DNA of 64,000 nt from sequence record MK250028.1; one strand, given 5' to 3'. Shown here one piece after another: positions 1-13,803 of this stretch (positions are counted from its first letter, which is position 1; each line of letters opens with the position of its first letter). The translations under genes were made by a program, and so were the position numbers. The notes under the pieces were generated by a model. That model did not search any database and was not told the DNA's origin. It worked only from the letters and a program-made list of their open reading frames with translations.

Positions 1-3000
1 TAATACATTTGTTATATTTAAATGCTAACTTATATTTTTTCCTATAGTTGTAGTACGTCTTATAACATTTTCAAGGATCTATTTAGCTGTATGATTATAT
101 TCACCATCTGCCTTTGTAATAATATACGCATGACTATTACTTGATATTGAATTTACATGAGTTAATGTACCTGGATAATCAATATACTCATAATTTGTTA
201 ATACACCAATATCATTATAATTATTAACAGAAACATATTCATTACAATCAACTGAATTTTCCATATTAAATGAAACAAACTATGGTAAATTAGTTGATAA
301 TGTTGTATTTACTATCGGTACATCATACTATGTAAATAATGAAGACCATAAATTATGTTCATCTATTAATGACATTAATTGTTTATGAAAATTATTTTTC
401 TTATGAGCATGAATACCATTATTCATACAGTTAAGTGTCCTGAAATCAATATCATATGGTGCGTTAAGAACTGCATAATCAGCATAACTCTAATATTCAT
501 TTGTTGTAACATTCTTTATGTTAGATGTGCCTTCATGTGCATAATCAATATAGAACTAATGATTAATCAATAAGATGAACCTTTCTTTTAACGATATATA
601 AATCTCATTAGTTTTTGATAAATCATAATCGGTTAAAACAAATGCTTCAAACCCTGAATAATCTTCAAGATGAATATAACTATTAACAACCTTTGTATTT
701 AACTTAATATTAAATTTAATACCAGAAAATATAAACTCAAGACTTTTAATATTAGAATTATAATATACAGATGCTGTATCAATATTAGTATTATCTATCA
801 ATAATTTTTTAATGGAATGCTGTACAGAACTGTTTAATATACTTTCCTTATATGTAATTGATTCATTATTAATATACAATATATTATCTACTTTATTAGT
901 TACATATTGATTTGTATCATAATCTGCTACATTATAAGTATTTTCACAGAAATTACCATTAAATTCATAATTTTCATTTAATGTATTAACATCTAATATG
1001 TTATTATTATCATAATATTGTCCATTAGATTTCCATAAACATTGTACAGATGGAACAATAGGATATAATAATTCACTATTACCTGTATTATTAGGATTTG
1101 CAAAATAATTATTTGATTTTAATTCTGGAATTACAGTATCATAATTATATTCCTAATATTTTTGTTTGTCTGCTATTTTTAATTTAGTATTTTCTATAAC
1201 AGATATTGAATTCAAATTATTTACGTTTATAGTTGTACTTATATATGCTGTTTTAGAAGGTGTTATTATAAATGTCGTTCCTTTAGACACATTTACTTTA
1301 TTGAATTTAAGTTTACCATCTAAAACTTCATACATCACTCCATGTTGTATTCTATAATCCGTTTCATCTGTTGCAATAGTTTCACCTGCCGGAATATCAA
1401 TATATAAATTATCCTCATTATGTAATGTTCTGCTTAAATCAATAGTTGTATCTATATCTTTAATATTAGTAATACCCATTATAGCAACTGCGATTTCTGT
1501 AGGTTTATACAAATGAATCTTATTAGTTATTAATAACGAAGGATTAATAGTAGAAATCATGCATGTATTTACATCATATGGATTTGTTATTACACATAAA
1601 TCCTATGTTTTATTAATAAACTACTATTGATTATCTAAACTATAATTCTTATAATTATCTGGTTCCCATACGTTATTTCTCAAATATCCATTTGTAATAT
1701 TAAATACATTAACTGTATCATAAATACCATTTGTGTTATAAATTAATGGATACTTAATTTTATTAACTAAGTCACTAATATCTGTATTAACAGAATATGT
1801 ATAATTAAGTTCTTTTGTAGATTTAAACTTAACAACATTATTGTAACGCCAACCTAATGTTTCAAAACAATAATTGGAGAATGCACAATAATAATTATCA
1901 AAATAATCTGATTGATTTGTCAATGCATGCATTTCATAAGTTATATTACTATTAAAATATGAAATAGTATCATCTTTAATATTAACAGGATCTTCTGATT
2001 CAACATAACAATGTAAATCACTTATATTATTTAAATAATTATGTTCAAAATTATTATCTATATTCTTTATCCAATCATTTTCATTATCATCCGGTTGTAT
2101 ATCATTTTCAATATATTTAATACCATTATGTTTAATAAATGAAATACTGTTATTATATTCTTTATTTGTTGTATATAATGATGATACAAGACCATTTACT
2201 TTATCAAATCCAAAATAATCATAATGAAAATCATCAAACTTTGGTGTTAATATATGTTGAACATACATATTATCATATGATGAAATTATAGAAATACTCT
2301 TATCATTATAAGATCCAACTTTAATTATATTAGTATTAAATTTCTCAATACATTTTATAATACGATTAATCTGTACATCTAATGTTGCAGTTATATCATT
2401 ATATTCCAAATCCTATGAATAAAATGAAATTCTATAGAAATAAGTATTTTCAGAATATCTACATTTCTATTTGGTAACATATGGATTTATATTATAATCA
2501 GTCTCTAATAATCTATCATCATTTGATGCAATTATTTCATATACAATATGTTCAGTTGTAAACTTATTCGTTTCATATGTATTACCAGCATTAGTAACAG
2601 AAGATTTAATAGGATAATCCTATGCAATAAATTTAATATGTTCACCACATTCAATAGGTTTATTGAAATGTAATATTATAAAACTTTTATCAGTATCTTT
2701 ATCTATCTTAATTTCTGATGAATCTAATGACATTAAATTTGAGTCTGGAGTATTAGTGACATAATTCTTAAAGAAATTCTTTAAATCAATATCAGTCTAA
2801 ACTCTACCCACATTATTATTTGTTATTGCGAAGAATAATCTATCATAATATTTCTTATCGAATATTACTTTATAAATATTCTCATCTCCTTTATAAATAT
2901 CACCATTTTCATCATATTTAGTTAATACTGTATTTCCTGTACTATTCTTAGAAGAAACAACATAACCATAATTAATGAAATCATTTGCAGTTAAATATAA

Positions 3001-6000
3001 TCCAAAATAACGATGCATAGAATATTCTTCCATATCATTATCATCAAACATAAACTCAAGGTTTATAATATTGGAATATATAAGATTATGTCTTTCAAAA
3101 CCAGCAATAATATAATTATTAAACATTTCTTGTTTATTAGCTATATCTGAATTTAATATTTTAGATCCAAAATATGTTGTCTCTGACTAATTAACAAGAA
3201 TGCCTCTATCTACTGATATACCTTTCCATATATTATTGCCTTGTCTATAATAAGGAGAATTCTAATTATAATCCTGTTCAATAAATTGCAAATAACATTG
3301 TCCATAATTAGACAACATATTCTTATAATTATTAAGGTATTGTCCAATAGATGTTGTTGTTCTTAAATCAAATGTCTTTATAACCTTTGATTCTTTAATT
3401 AATTTCTTTAATTTTTCTGTATCATTAATTCCTTCACCTGAATATGTCTCTTCATTAAATATATCATCATATCTGAATATCGCGAAGAATTCTGGTACAT
3501 TATTTCCTATATGTAATGGCGCGAGAATCTTCATATTTTCAGAATAAAGACTATCTGTATTTGTTTCTGCACCATATTCATACATTGTTTCATATTGATC
3601 TTTATAATCAGTATAAACCTTATGTGCTTTCAGAGAATTTTCTGGTAATCCAAATAAATTTTTAATAGGAATTTTACTGAATACCTTTTTTATATCTCTT
3701 GGATAATTACCATCAGATGAAATAGGGTATTTACGAACATTCTTATTATTTAATACAGCATTAGCTTTAAATGTATCAAGATATAAGTTATAATCTTTAT
3801 CTACAACTAATTTAATATTTCCAGATAACTTTGGATTTGCTCTTAATAACATTGATGAATGATGTTGTGTATTAAGTTCATAACCTTTATTATCATAATT
3901 TGTTAGATGCTTTTCATTTTCATCATTAGTAACTATTAATCGTCCGTTTATTTTATTGCTAGATTTATCAGTAATAGTTAAAACAATATCTTCTGATGAG
4001 CTAATAGGATAATCATCATCTAAACTTATTGTAAATATACCAGGTTCTATCCTATTTTCAAATATAATATTATTATCTGTTTTATTTATGAAATCATTAA
4101 TATGAACACCATTAATTCTTAAATAATTTTTCAAAGCATTATTCTATAATGTTATAATATAATTTGAAGGAGTTTCTGCTTTTGCACGAATATTACTTCC
4201 ATATACAGATATTTTACTTATAACAGACTATGTATTAATATCAGATAGTTTTTTATCTTTTAAAACTATCATATCAGGTACTTGTTCTTTTAATTTATCC
4301 TAATCAATTATCAACTAATCTGTAATTTTGTCAACATATGAAATTTCTAAATTTGCTTCAATATCTGTTAAACTTTTATCGGATACTTCTTTTTCTGTAT
4401 TTGTATAATCATATACATCTGTTAAATAAATATAATTTCCAGATAAAATAGGATATACACCATATCTAGGAATTTGTTTTGTTAAAGGATTCGCACATTC
4501 TTTTGTTTCAATACTATGTCCGTCTTCATCTATGTCTATTTCATAATTATATAATTTTTCATTATTGTTTATATCGTCATTACCAGTTGCTATTTCATAC
4601 TTAGGTTTATCTTCATCCGTATTTATTAATACATAACGATGATATATAGCTCTATAAGAACTGTCTATACAACTTATACTCTTTTCACCTAATGTTATTA
4701 ATTTTGTGTTATCAACTATATCATCATTATTAGGATAATCGTTATTATCTTGGACAGGTACACTATAAATTATAGTATCTTTATTATTAATAGTAGTATC
4801 ATTATACTTATTACATATACGATTACTAAAATTATACATTTCTTTATAATCATTGAAGAATTCGGTTTCATCCTAATCAAAAAACACGCTTGAATCAAAT
4901 CGATTATATATTCTATATGAATTATTATGTGTACAAAAATTCTTGATTATAAAATCATTAATACTAAAGCTATAATTTTCAGCATTATTATGATATATTT
5001 TTATATTAGTTCTATATGTCTTAAAAGGCTCTTTATCATTATTAAACGTAAATGAGCCGTTAATATTAAAAGTATAAAAATCATTCTATGCATCCTTATC
5101 AACTTTAGTCGTAATATTTCTATCTTTAATATAAGTATTATATACAGTAGGAGACCAGATAAAAACAGGTTTATAATATATAAATTTTAATGGTACTGAT
5201 TTTTGTTTATATCCTAAATAAGCATTCTAAGAAACAACACATTCTGTATATGCACTAACAGACAATAATGATTTAGGATCTGTATATATTGCACTAATTT
5301 GAAACCTTAATACATTTCGGTCTTCCTATATAAAATTATCAGGTACATACAATAAATTGGTATGTGGTATTAATGTATTATTATCTGTATTATAATCAAA
5401 TGCTGGTAATAATAATGTATTGTTATTAAGTTTATCATCTTTCCATTTTGGTAAAGTTATATCCTTAATTGCCTCTTGTAATTTCTGCTCTTCTATATTA
5501 ATTTTATTATTATTATATAAAATTACGGGTTTAATAATTAATTTAAATGGAAAGTCACCTATATTTTTATCATATAAATTCCAATTAGTTAATGAATCAT
5601 TAATATGTGATTTATTATCGCTCCAATATATTTTAACATTAATCTTATAATTTGCAACATAATGATCATCAATATAACCTCCATTAAAATTTGAATTAAA
5701 TGCACTTGGTAAATCATTACCAATATTTACAAATGTACCTTCATCATATGTAGAATCGTCAGAATGAAATAATAAATCACTAAATATATTATTTGCTATA
5801 TTTTTATTAACATTAATATTATTTAATGGGAATATATTTCCATAAATTATTTTATTTGAATTTTTCTCTGAATTCTTTCCATAAAAAGGTAATTTATCAA
5901 ATTTTGCTGTTAATTCCATTTTAACAGGATATGGTAAATCACTATTTATATTTTCTTTATCTTTAAACTAAAACGAATCAGGGTCATATACATATCCTAA

Positions 6001-6129
6001 TTTATCTGTATTCATGACAGGAATTGGATATTCTACATCTTCATACCCATTTATTAAAACAGATGAATTAATAACAACATCTCTCTTATTTGGTGTTAAC
6101 TTAAATAAATATTTCTTTTCTTTTGCCAT
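1..6129 (-). CDS. Very large TAG-recoded protein (>2043 aa, runs off the left edge), probably virion structural
   Basis: ATG at 6129 (MAKEKYLFKL). Track fragments 5326-5919, 4315-4839, 3262-4134, 2797-3126, 1624-2409, 1153-1560, 556-879 and 79-264 share one frame and are separated only by TAG. I read no TAA or TGA down to base 1. Function inferred from size, recoding and context. Confidence 0.8.
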
Positions 6130-6163
6130 TTGTATCCTTAAATCAAATTCGTTTCATTATTTA

Positions 6164-6214
6164 TTAGATGAAAAAAGAGATATTACTTTTTATATTGAAG
6201 TAATATCTCTTTTC
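6164..6214. terminator. Long inverted repeat or intrinsic terminator between two minus-strand structural genes
   Basis: AAAAGAGATATTACTT...AAGTAATATCTCTTTT arms flanked by A/T runs, in the intergenic gap 6130-6231. Confidence 0.55.
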
Positions 6215-6231
6215 ATTAAAATTATTTTTAT

Positions 6232-8487
6232 TTAATCATCTTCTGAAACACTAATATCATAATTAATATAATTAATACTTGCAATATCTCCAAGATAACC
6301 AACGCTATCAAACTCTTTATCGATAGTATCAACTTTATCCTATAATGATATAGAAGTAATTACTTTTGTTCCTGATGATTCATCTGTATTCTCATACGCA
6401 ATGTTCTTCGCTATATGTTTAAAATACAAACCATTAACTGAATTACTATTAGGTATTGTATCATCAAGATGCGAAGTAACTCCAGACGAACTTAATGTAT
6501 TATTAATAGCGATAGTTAACGCATCATCATTTACATCCTTAATTAAATCTGCAATTTCATTTGTTGATGAAAGATTATCAGGAAATGATATAATAATAGA
6601 ATTAGACCAATCTGATCTTAAAGGATTTGTTGGATAACCTGCTTCTGATATTGATCTTACTTTAATCTCTACACGTTCACCTTTCTAGATAGGTATATCT
6701 ATTTGATTAATGTTAACTTCCGTGGAATCTGCGACATTCTCAACAACCCATTTATAGCCGTTACCATCATTTACTTTTGTCTTCATCTATGACTATGATA
6801 TATTCCAATCAGAGAATGTACCTGTAACGCTTGAACCTGTATTCTAATCATTATATGTAAATGTATTTAATAATACAGGTGTATTATCTTCTTTAACATA
6901 ACGATATGCAATATCAAATCCTATAATTTCTTCTTGTAATTCAGAATTTCCTATACGTGTTTTCTATACAGGGATAGAAAAGAAACCTCTGATTCTATAT
7001 TTAGGATCTGTTAATAAGGCACCATTTGAACGAACTTCAGACTAAAACGCAGAAACATTACTTGAATAACTAGACTATGCATTCTATAATTCCAATGTTT
7101 GTGTGTTTATTTGCTCCTGTTTCGCGTTATAATCACTGATGTTAGTAATATTCTATAACTCTGATTTTAAGTCCGCTATGGCAGATTTAAGGCTATCTAT
7201 CTTTGTCTTATCATCTGCAATAAGAGCTGCTGTATTCTTAATAGTTGTTGTGTCAATTGCCGCATTAATTTGTGTGTTAACCTATACGACTCTCATATCG
7301 GATTCTGATAATGTTGGTGCATTTGGTTTCTAACCACTCCAAGCGGTAACAGTTCTCTCCTTAGCCTCATCAATCATCTTTGCACCCCAATCAACTACAT
7401 AATTACTGTAATATTCAGATAATGAAGTTGTTGATACATTACCATTATTATCTTCATATAAAAGATTATCAGTATCAACTCTAATCGGTGTTGACCATGT
7501 ATCTCCTTGAAGATTATATGCTTCTGAAATACCTTTTACATATATAATATCATATTCATGTGCACCAACTCTTACAGAAATAACTTTACTTCTGAATGGA
7601 TCTTCATAATAATTAAGTGTCGCATAAACACCTGGCAAAGTCGCTCCTGTAATTCTCTTTAATCTTACCTTACTTGAATTCTGGTTAATCGCTATAATCT
7701 CAAATATTGAATCACTATATGATAACTAATCTCCAATAGATAACACATTATTTTTCCCCTAATCTATACCTTCGTTTGATATTGTAGAATATGTTATATT
7801 ATCCAATGTATACCAAACATTACCGTTAATAATATCTGGATCCTATATAATCTAGAAAATTCCTGATTTAGTATTTCTTACTAATGGTAGTTGAACAATC
7901 TCTTCATCTTCAGAATATGAAATATTATTATTAGCTAATAATGATTTCAATGAAAGATAATCCATACCAGATGTTATTTGATTATTATTCCACAATGTTG
8001 TAGCTGAATCATCATTAGAATTAAGAATTACCCTTACAACCTTAACTCTATCTGCATCATCTTCTATCTATCCTGTTAAATTAATATCGACCGTTAATCC
8101 TGGAAACATTAAGTCTTCAAAGAACCAATTAGTATCTAATTTAAATGTAGATGGATCTTGTAAACCTGCAATCTATGTCGGTGTCTAAGGAATCGAGCTC
8201 AACTTAATAGTTCTTCTTGAACCATCGTTAAGATTAATTGTTCCTTTACCGGTTGAAAGTGAATTAAGCGAATCTTCAACAGCTTTCAACCTATTAACAA
8301 TCGAAGCATAACTTGGTAATTGATATTTAGAATTTGTTCCCTATGTATCTTGATATTCATAAGTTACGAATGTATCATTAGTTGTTAAAGATCTTTGCAT
8401 AGCGGATAATAATGAAAGTTCATTAGTTTGCTATGCAATAGTCTTACGCATATTCTCTGCAAAACTGTTTATATTATTTGTACTCAT
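6232..8487 (-). CDS. TAG-recoded 751-aa protein, putative structural (baseplate or tail)
   Basis: ATG 8487 (MSTNNINSFAEN) to TAA 6232 in one frame with many in-frame TAG. Includes track fragment 7330-7638 and a coiled-coil middle region. Confidence 0.75.
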
Positions 8488-8500
8488 CTTATATTATCCG

Positions 8501-10381
8501 TTATTTATTTTCTAATTCTTGTATTCTATTATTTAAATCTTGTATATATTTAATCATTAATGGTATCAATGACTCATAATTGACAAATGTTGTTCCTCTC
8601 TCATTATCATTTGTTTCATCACCTGTTCTATATACTAACTTATCAAATCCAAATCCTTGTAATATATACTATGGTAAATCAATACTTGGATATACATTAT
8701 TGTTATATGTATAATAATTAACCTAAATACCGTTTATAATATCATTTATATTACCATTATCTGTTGTCCATTCACCTAATGCAGTATCAGCTTGTGATTC
8801 AACATTAAATATAGGTTTATAAACAGAAGGAACATTATAAGTATATTCATCATTCAAAATTTTTATTGGAGGCGTATAAGATGAACCTTGATATATAGAT
8901 GTATTGATAAAATCATTTTTTAAATTATTAAGTTGAATCTTAATAACATTATTGCCATCGCTTGTAGTTGAATCTGTAGACGTGTCTGTAATAGGTAATA
9001 TAACATTTGTCTTTACATTCTATGCAATAATACCAGATGTTTTTGAGCCATTAAGGTAACCATCTAATTTAGTTTCTAGTTCCTCTAATTTTTGTTTATT
9101 TTCATCTGTTAACTTAAGTGTTGTCATATAAGCATCTTGAATAGCCATTGTTGACTAAACATTAGTATTCATCACATCAATAGCTCTGTTAAGATTACTA
9201 ACAACATCAGAAAAATCAACACTATTAATAGAAGACATTGTTGTATTATCCTATATCATCGCATCTGTATTATCATATACAGATAAAGTCTTTATATTAA
9301 CACGGAATGAATAACTATTACCAAAGAAATTTGCCTTATTAGGACCTCCAAATGATTTCTTCTTAGTTAATGTAGGAATCTTAATACCTTCTGCTGTACT
9401 TTTTGGTGAATCTAAAAATACAATACCAAAAAGATTTATTGCATATGCTGATTTCGTAGTATCATTCTAATCATAAACACTATAATAAAGAAGAATTGCA
9501 TTAAAACCAAATTCACATGGTTTTGATGTAATATCACAGAATTGATCTTTAAACTAATTATTAGCATCAATATTTACATCATCATAAGAATTAATCTATA
9601 TTTGATTATTTTTGTCATTACAAAAGTTTCTACAGGCAGTTTGTATCTATGTAATATCCTTTACTATTTCATATGCGTCATTCAACTGATAATTTGAATT
9701 ATTAACATTATCATATCTAGGTTTTGTATCACTTAATATTTTTAATGTATCTACATTATTTGTTCTTCCTTGTAAATGTTCATTATCACCACAATTATAT
9801 GTATGCCCATATATATAATTAGTTTCTGCTGAATCCTAAACCTATTTAAAAAATACAGGACCATTACCATAACTAGTTGGAATATTAACATAAGTTTCAT
9901 TAAACATACCAAATTCTGTACTTAATGAATTACCTGCATCTATTGCTCCAAAACATTGAACAGTCCTTGTTTTATAATTGCCGTTATCTCCTTTTTCTCT
10001 ATAATAAACGTCATTATTCTTTTGATTTCTCTCTAATGTTAATAAATTATTAATATGTCTATTCTCAAATGATTTTAACCAATGAAAGAAACAACGCTCA
10101 GTAACTGTATGGTATTCTTGATAATTATACTTATCATCATTTAATAATCTTGTTTCAAGATTCATCATATAATTCTATAAATCAGTTGCAATTGCTATTG
10201 ATTCCTATTTAAGATCTGTATTACCAAACATTCTTGGAAGATTAAGTAAAGCATAATGTGACATTGCAACACCTGTTGCTCGACTATTTAAATTCAAACC
10301 AATATCTTCATTAGCAGATGGGAAAACATATAATGTTGCACCGTTATCTCTCAACGGTCTTAATAAAGGTGTTCTAATCAT
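8501..10381 (-). CDS. TAG-recoded 626-aa tail fibre or spike-like protein with a C-terminus resembling a peptidase S74 intramolecular chaperone
   Basis: ATG 10381 (MIRTPLLRPL) to TAA 8501, including fragment 9842-10168. C-terminus VNYESLIPLMIKYIQDLNNRIQELENK resembles the end of S74 chaperone domains. Confidence 0.65.
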
Positions 10382-10399
10382 TTTCTTTAAAAATTAATT

Positions 10400-11371
10400 T
10401 TATTTTCTCTCTATCATAATATCATCTGCTGAACGAACTGAATAATCTAATACATCCCAAGATGATCCATATTCATCATCATTGGCAATACATTTCAATG
10501 TAATTCTATTTAATTCATCCTTTGATATTCTTAAAAATTTATTTTCTTCCCTTGATAATACAACTCTATAAAATGCTTTTGATTTACTATCATTAAATCT
10601 TAATTTAACTATAGAACCAGGAATTCCATTTATAGAAGCAGTATGTTCATCATTTATAGTAACCGTATGATTGTAATCATAATAAGTATATATAAATCCA
10701 GATTTAATATCATTGTATTGATATTTTGGTAAATTCATTCTTTTTAACTAAATAGCAGTTGCAAACAGCATACTCTAATCAAAAGTAAATGACTAAGGTT
10801 CATTCAAACTCTACTCAGATGATTTACTTGCGCCATATAAACCAATATAACCTTGTTCATCAGAATAACTATTACTAAACTATTTCTTTAAACTATCAAC
10901 ACTACTTATAATCTATTCTAATGTATCAGCCAATGACTAAACGGTTCCATTTCCTAATTCAACACCAATAGCGCCAGAATTATGTGCATACTTATTCATA
11001 TCTGAATTAATTTTATCATATGGTACAGTTTTTAATAAGCCACCATCATTATATAAATAACGTCCATTTAATGCATCATGGTTTATACCTTCATTATTAC
11101 TACCACCAGATCTAATAATCTATTCAAGACTTTTTGTATCTTCAACTGAAAACTATTTAGCTGTTATTTTATTAAATACACCAGTATTAGCCTTTACATA
11201 AGATTTCTAATCATCTGTATTATCTATATTAACTTTAATACATTGTTTATTACTATCATATATATTATCTATATAATCAGATATTGATTGATTATTCTCA
11301 TTAATAATTCTTGGAAGCTAACCAATCATTGTTCTTATAGATATATCATTTAATTTCTCTTTTAAACTCAT
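10400..11371 (-). CDS. TAG-recoded 323-aa hypothetical protein, first gene of the leftward structural operon
   Basis: ATG 11371 (MSLKEKLNDIS) to TAA 10400, in frame with track ORF 10400-10738. AATAAATA late-promoter-like motif upstream on the minus strand. Confidence 0.75.
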
Positions 11372-11630
11372 CTATATCAAATAAAGATTTTATTTACTTA
11401 TTTATTTAGAGAAAATCATACATGTCAAAATTAAATTGATTATTTAAAATAAATTAAATAAAACTTTATTATATTATATATTTTACTAAACTTTTCTAAT
11501 AATGTTTATCTATATATAAAATAAAAAAATGATATAATAAAGAAAAAATTCTAAATTACATCATCTATATTAATTTCAAAAATATTTTACATTTTCCAAG
11601 GATCTACCTTTCTAAAAATATTATTTAATA

Positions 11631-12006
11631 NNNNNNNNNNNNNNNNNNNNNNNNNNNNNNNNNNNNNNNNNNNNNNNNNNNNNNNNNNNNNNNNNNNNNN
11701 NNNNNNNNNNNNNNNNNNNNNNNNNNNNNNNNNNNNNNNNNNNNNNNNNNNNNNNNNNNNNNNNNNNNNNNNNNNNNNNNNNNNNNNNNNNNNNNNNNNN
11801 NNNNNNNNNNNNNNNNNNNNNNNNNNNNNNNNNNNNNNNNNNNNNNNNNNNNNNNNNNNNNNNNNNNNNNNNNNNNNNNNNNNNNNNNNNNNNNNNNNNN
11901 NNNNNNNNNNNNNNNNNNNNNNNNNNNNNNNNNNNNNNNNNNNNNNNNNNNNNNNNNNNNNNNNNNNNNNNNNNNNNNNNNNNNNNNNNNNNNNNNNNNN
12001 NNNNNN
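11631..12006. other. Assembly gap (376 N)
   Basis: Run of N bases in the divergent intergenic region. Confidence 0.99.
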
Positions 12007-12150
12007 TGAAAAAAGTCTACATTATTTTAAATTATTTTTTAATTATTTTTAATGTAATTTTAACTAATAAAATAGACTTTTAATTAAGACTTTAATATAA
12101 TTATGCTATATAAATATAAGAAGAGAAAATTATACATATATAAAAGTAAA

Positions 12151-13746
12151 ATGAAAGTTGATATAACATTTGACAACAAATGGTTTGTTGTCAGTTCAAA
12201 TTATCTATTTGAACTTAATGTTATACGCAGAGCTTTTACAAGAGAAATTCCAAATGCGTGGATGTTAAAGAAGATTACTGACATACAAATTACTGATAGA
12301 GAATTCATGAACAAATATAATATGATTTCTACTAATTTGTGGTTAGAAATTATTAAGGTTGCTAAAAAGTTCAATATAGCAATGGAAATGACTCCAGCTG
12401 CACAGAATTATTTAAATTAGTTTACATTAAAGTTTGAAGATTTTAAGAGTTATATAGATGATATTTTTGAAGGTGCAGAAACAGATGAAGGAAAAGAATT
12501 TAGACCATATGATTATCAAATAAAAGCGGCGTATACATTATTAAAATATAAAAAATGTTGTGGAGAAATTTCTACTTCAGGTGGAAAAACATTAATTTCA
12601 TTCATGATATTTAAATATTTAATTGATACACAAGGTATAGATAATATTCTATATATTGTTCCATCAGTTGACTTAGCTAACCAATCAGCTGAACAATATG
12701 AACGATATGAGTCTTACCTTAAGAAACATAATCATAATTGGGAAATAGGAATTCTTAGGTCTGGTTTAACAAAGAAACAAAAAGAAAAAGTCGAATCATG
12801 TAACATATTGTTTGGAACTTTTCAAAGTCTTTGTAAACGTAAAAAAGAGTTTTTTGATAGATTTAAAGCCTGTATTTGTGATGAGTGCCATCATGCGGGT
12901 GGAGCAGTTTCTGTAAAGAATATATTATATAATATGTCAAATCTTATATATTCTATAGGTGTAACTGGAACTTTTCCTAAAGAAAGTATGTATGAGAATT
13001 TATATATACAATCTATTATAGGACCTGTAATATATAAGTTAACAGCAAATCAATTAATTAATACAGAGAAAAGAGGAACACCTATATATGCAGTAATTCA
13101 ATATCTTAAATGGGCAGATCAAAAAACAAAGGAAACAATGTATATCTATAGAGCAAATAAAAATCCTATGAATATAGGCGCAGGTAGTAAGGTTCTGAAG
13201 ATCGAAAGGAAAACGGTTAATGAATCATATACAAGATTAAAGTATATTTGTGATCAAGTTATCAAGACAAAGAAAAATGCTTTGGTACTATTTGGCGATA
13301 TTAAATATGGATATGGTAGAAAAGTATATGATTATATAAAAGATAATTCAGATAAAAATGTTTATTATACAGATGGAAATACGCCAAATAAAACAAGAGA
13401 TTATTATAAAGCAGAAATGGAAAAAGATATTTCTGGAAATACAGTGATAGTAGCGTCTATCAATACATTTGGTGAAGGTATCGATATTAAAAATCTTTGG
13501 TCTATTTTCTTGGTTGATACAGCAAAGTCCGAAAGATTAGTAAGACAAATATGTGGTCGTGGAATTCGTTTGTATCCAGGAAAAGATAAAGTTGTTATTT
13601 TTGATTTCGTAGATGATTTGAGATATTCTGCAGATCCAAATAAGAGATATAAAGATAATTATTTATGGAAACATGGTCAAGAGAGAAAGAAAATTTATCT
13701 TGAACAACATTTCCCTGTATATGAGCAGAAGATAGATTTTAAATAA
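12151..13746 (+). CDS. uvsW: UvsW-like SF2 DNA helicase with one in-frame TAG (12418-12420)
   Basis: Track ORFs 12103-12420 and 12604-13746 are in one frame. The linker reads FRPYDYQ...GEISTSGGKT (Q motif and Walker A). Also DECHH (motif II), GVTGT (III) and QICGRGIR (VI). Start at 12151 chosen as the likelier ATG. Confidence 0.85.
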
Positions 13747-13803
13747 TTTAAGAAATTATCGTTTAAAGAATAAATAATTAAACGATAATTTTAAATTTTT
13801 ATT

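Noticed and set aside
1-11371. Many short minus-strand ORFs that look like pseudogene fragments
   Set aside because: They are in frame and separated only by TAG, so they are intact code-15 genes rather than decay. The same applies to 42.7-45.4 kb and 53.9-64 kb.
11631-12006. Possible origin or hidden element in the divergent intergenic region
   Set aside because: The region is an N gap with AT-rich flanks, so nothing can be supported from sequence.
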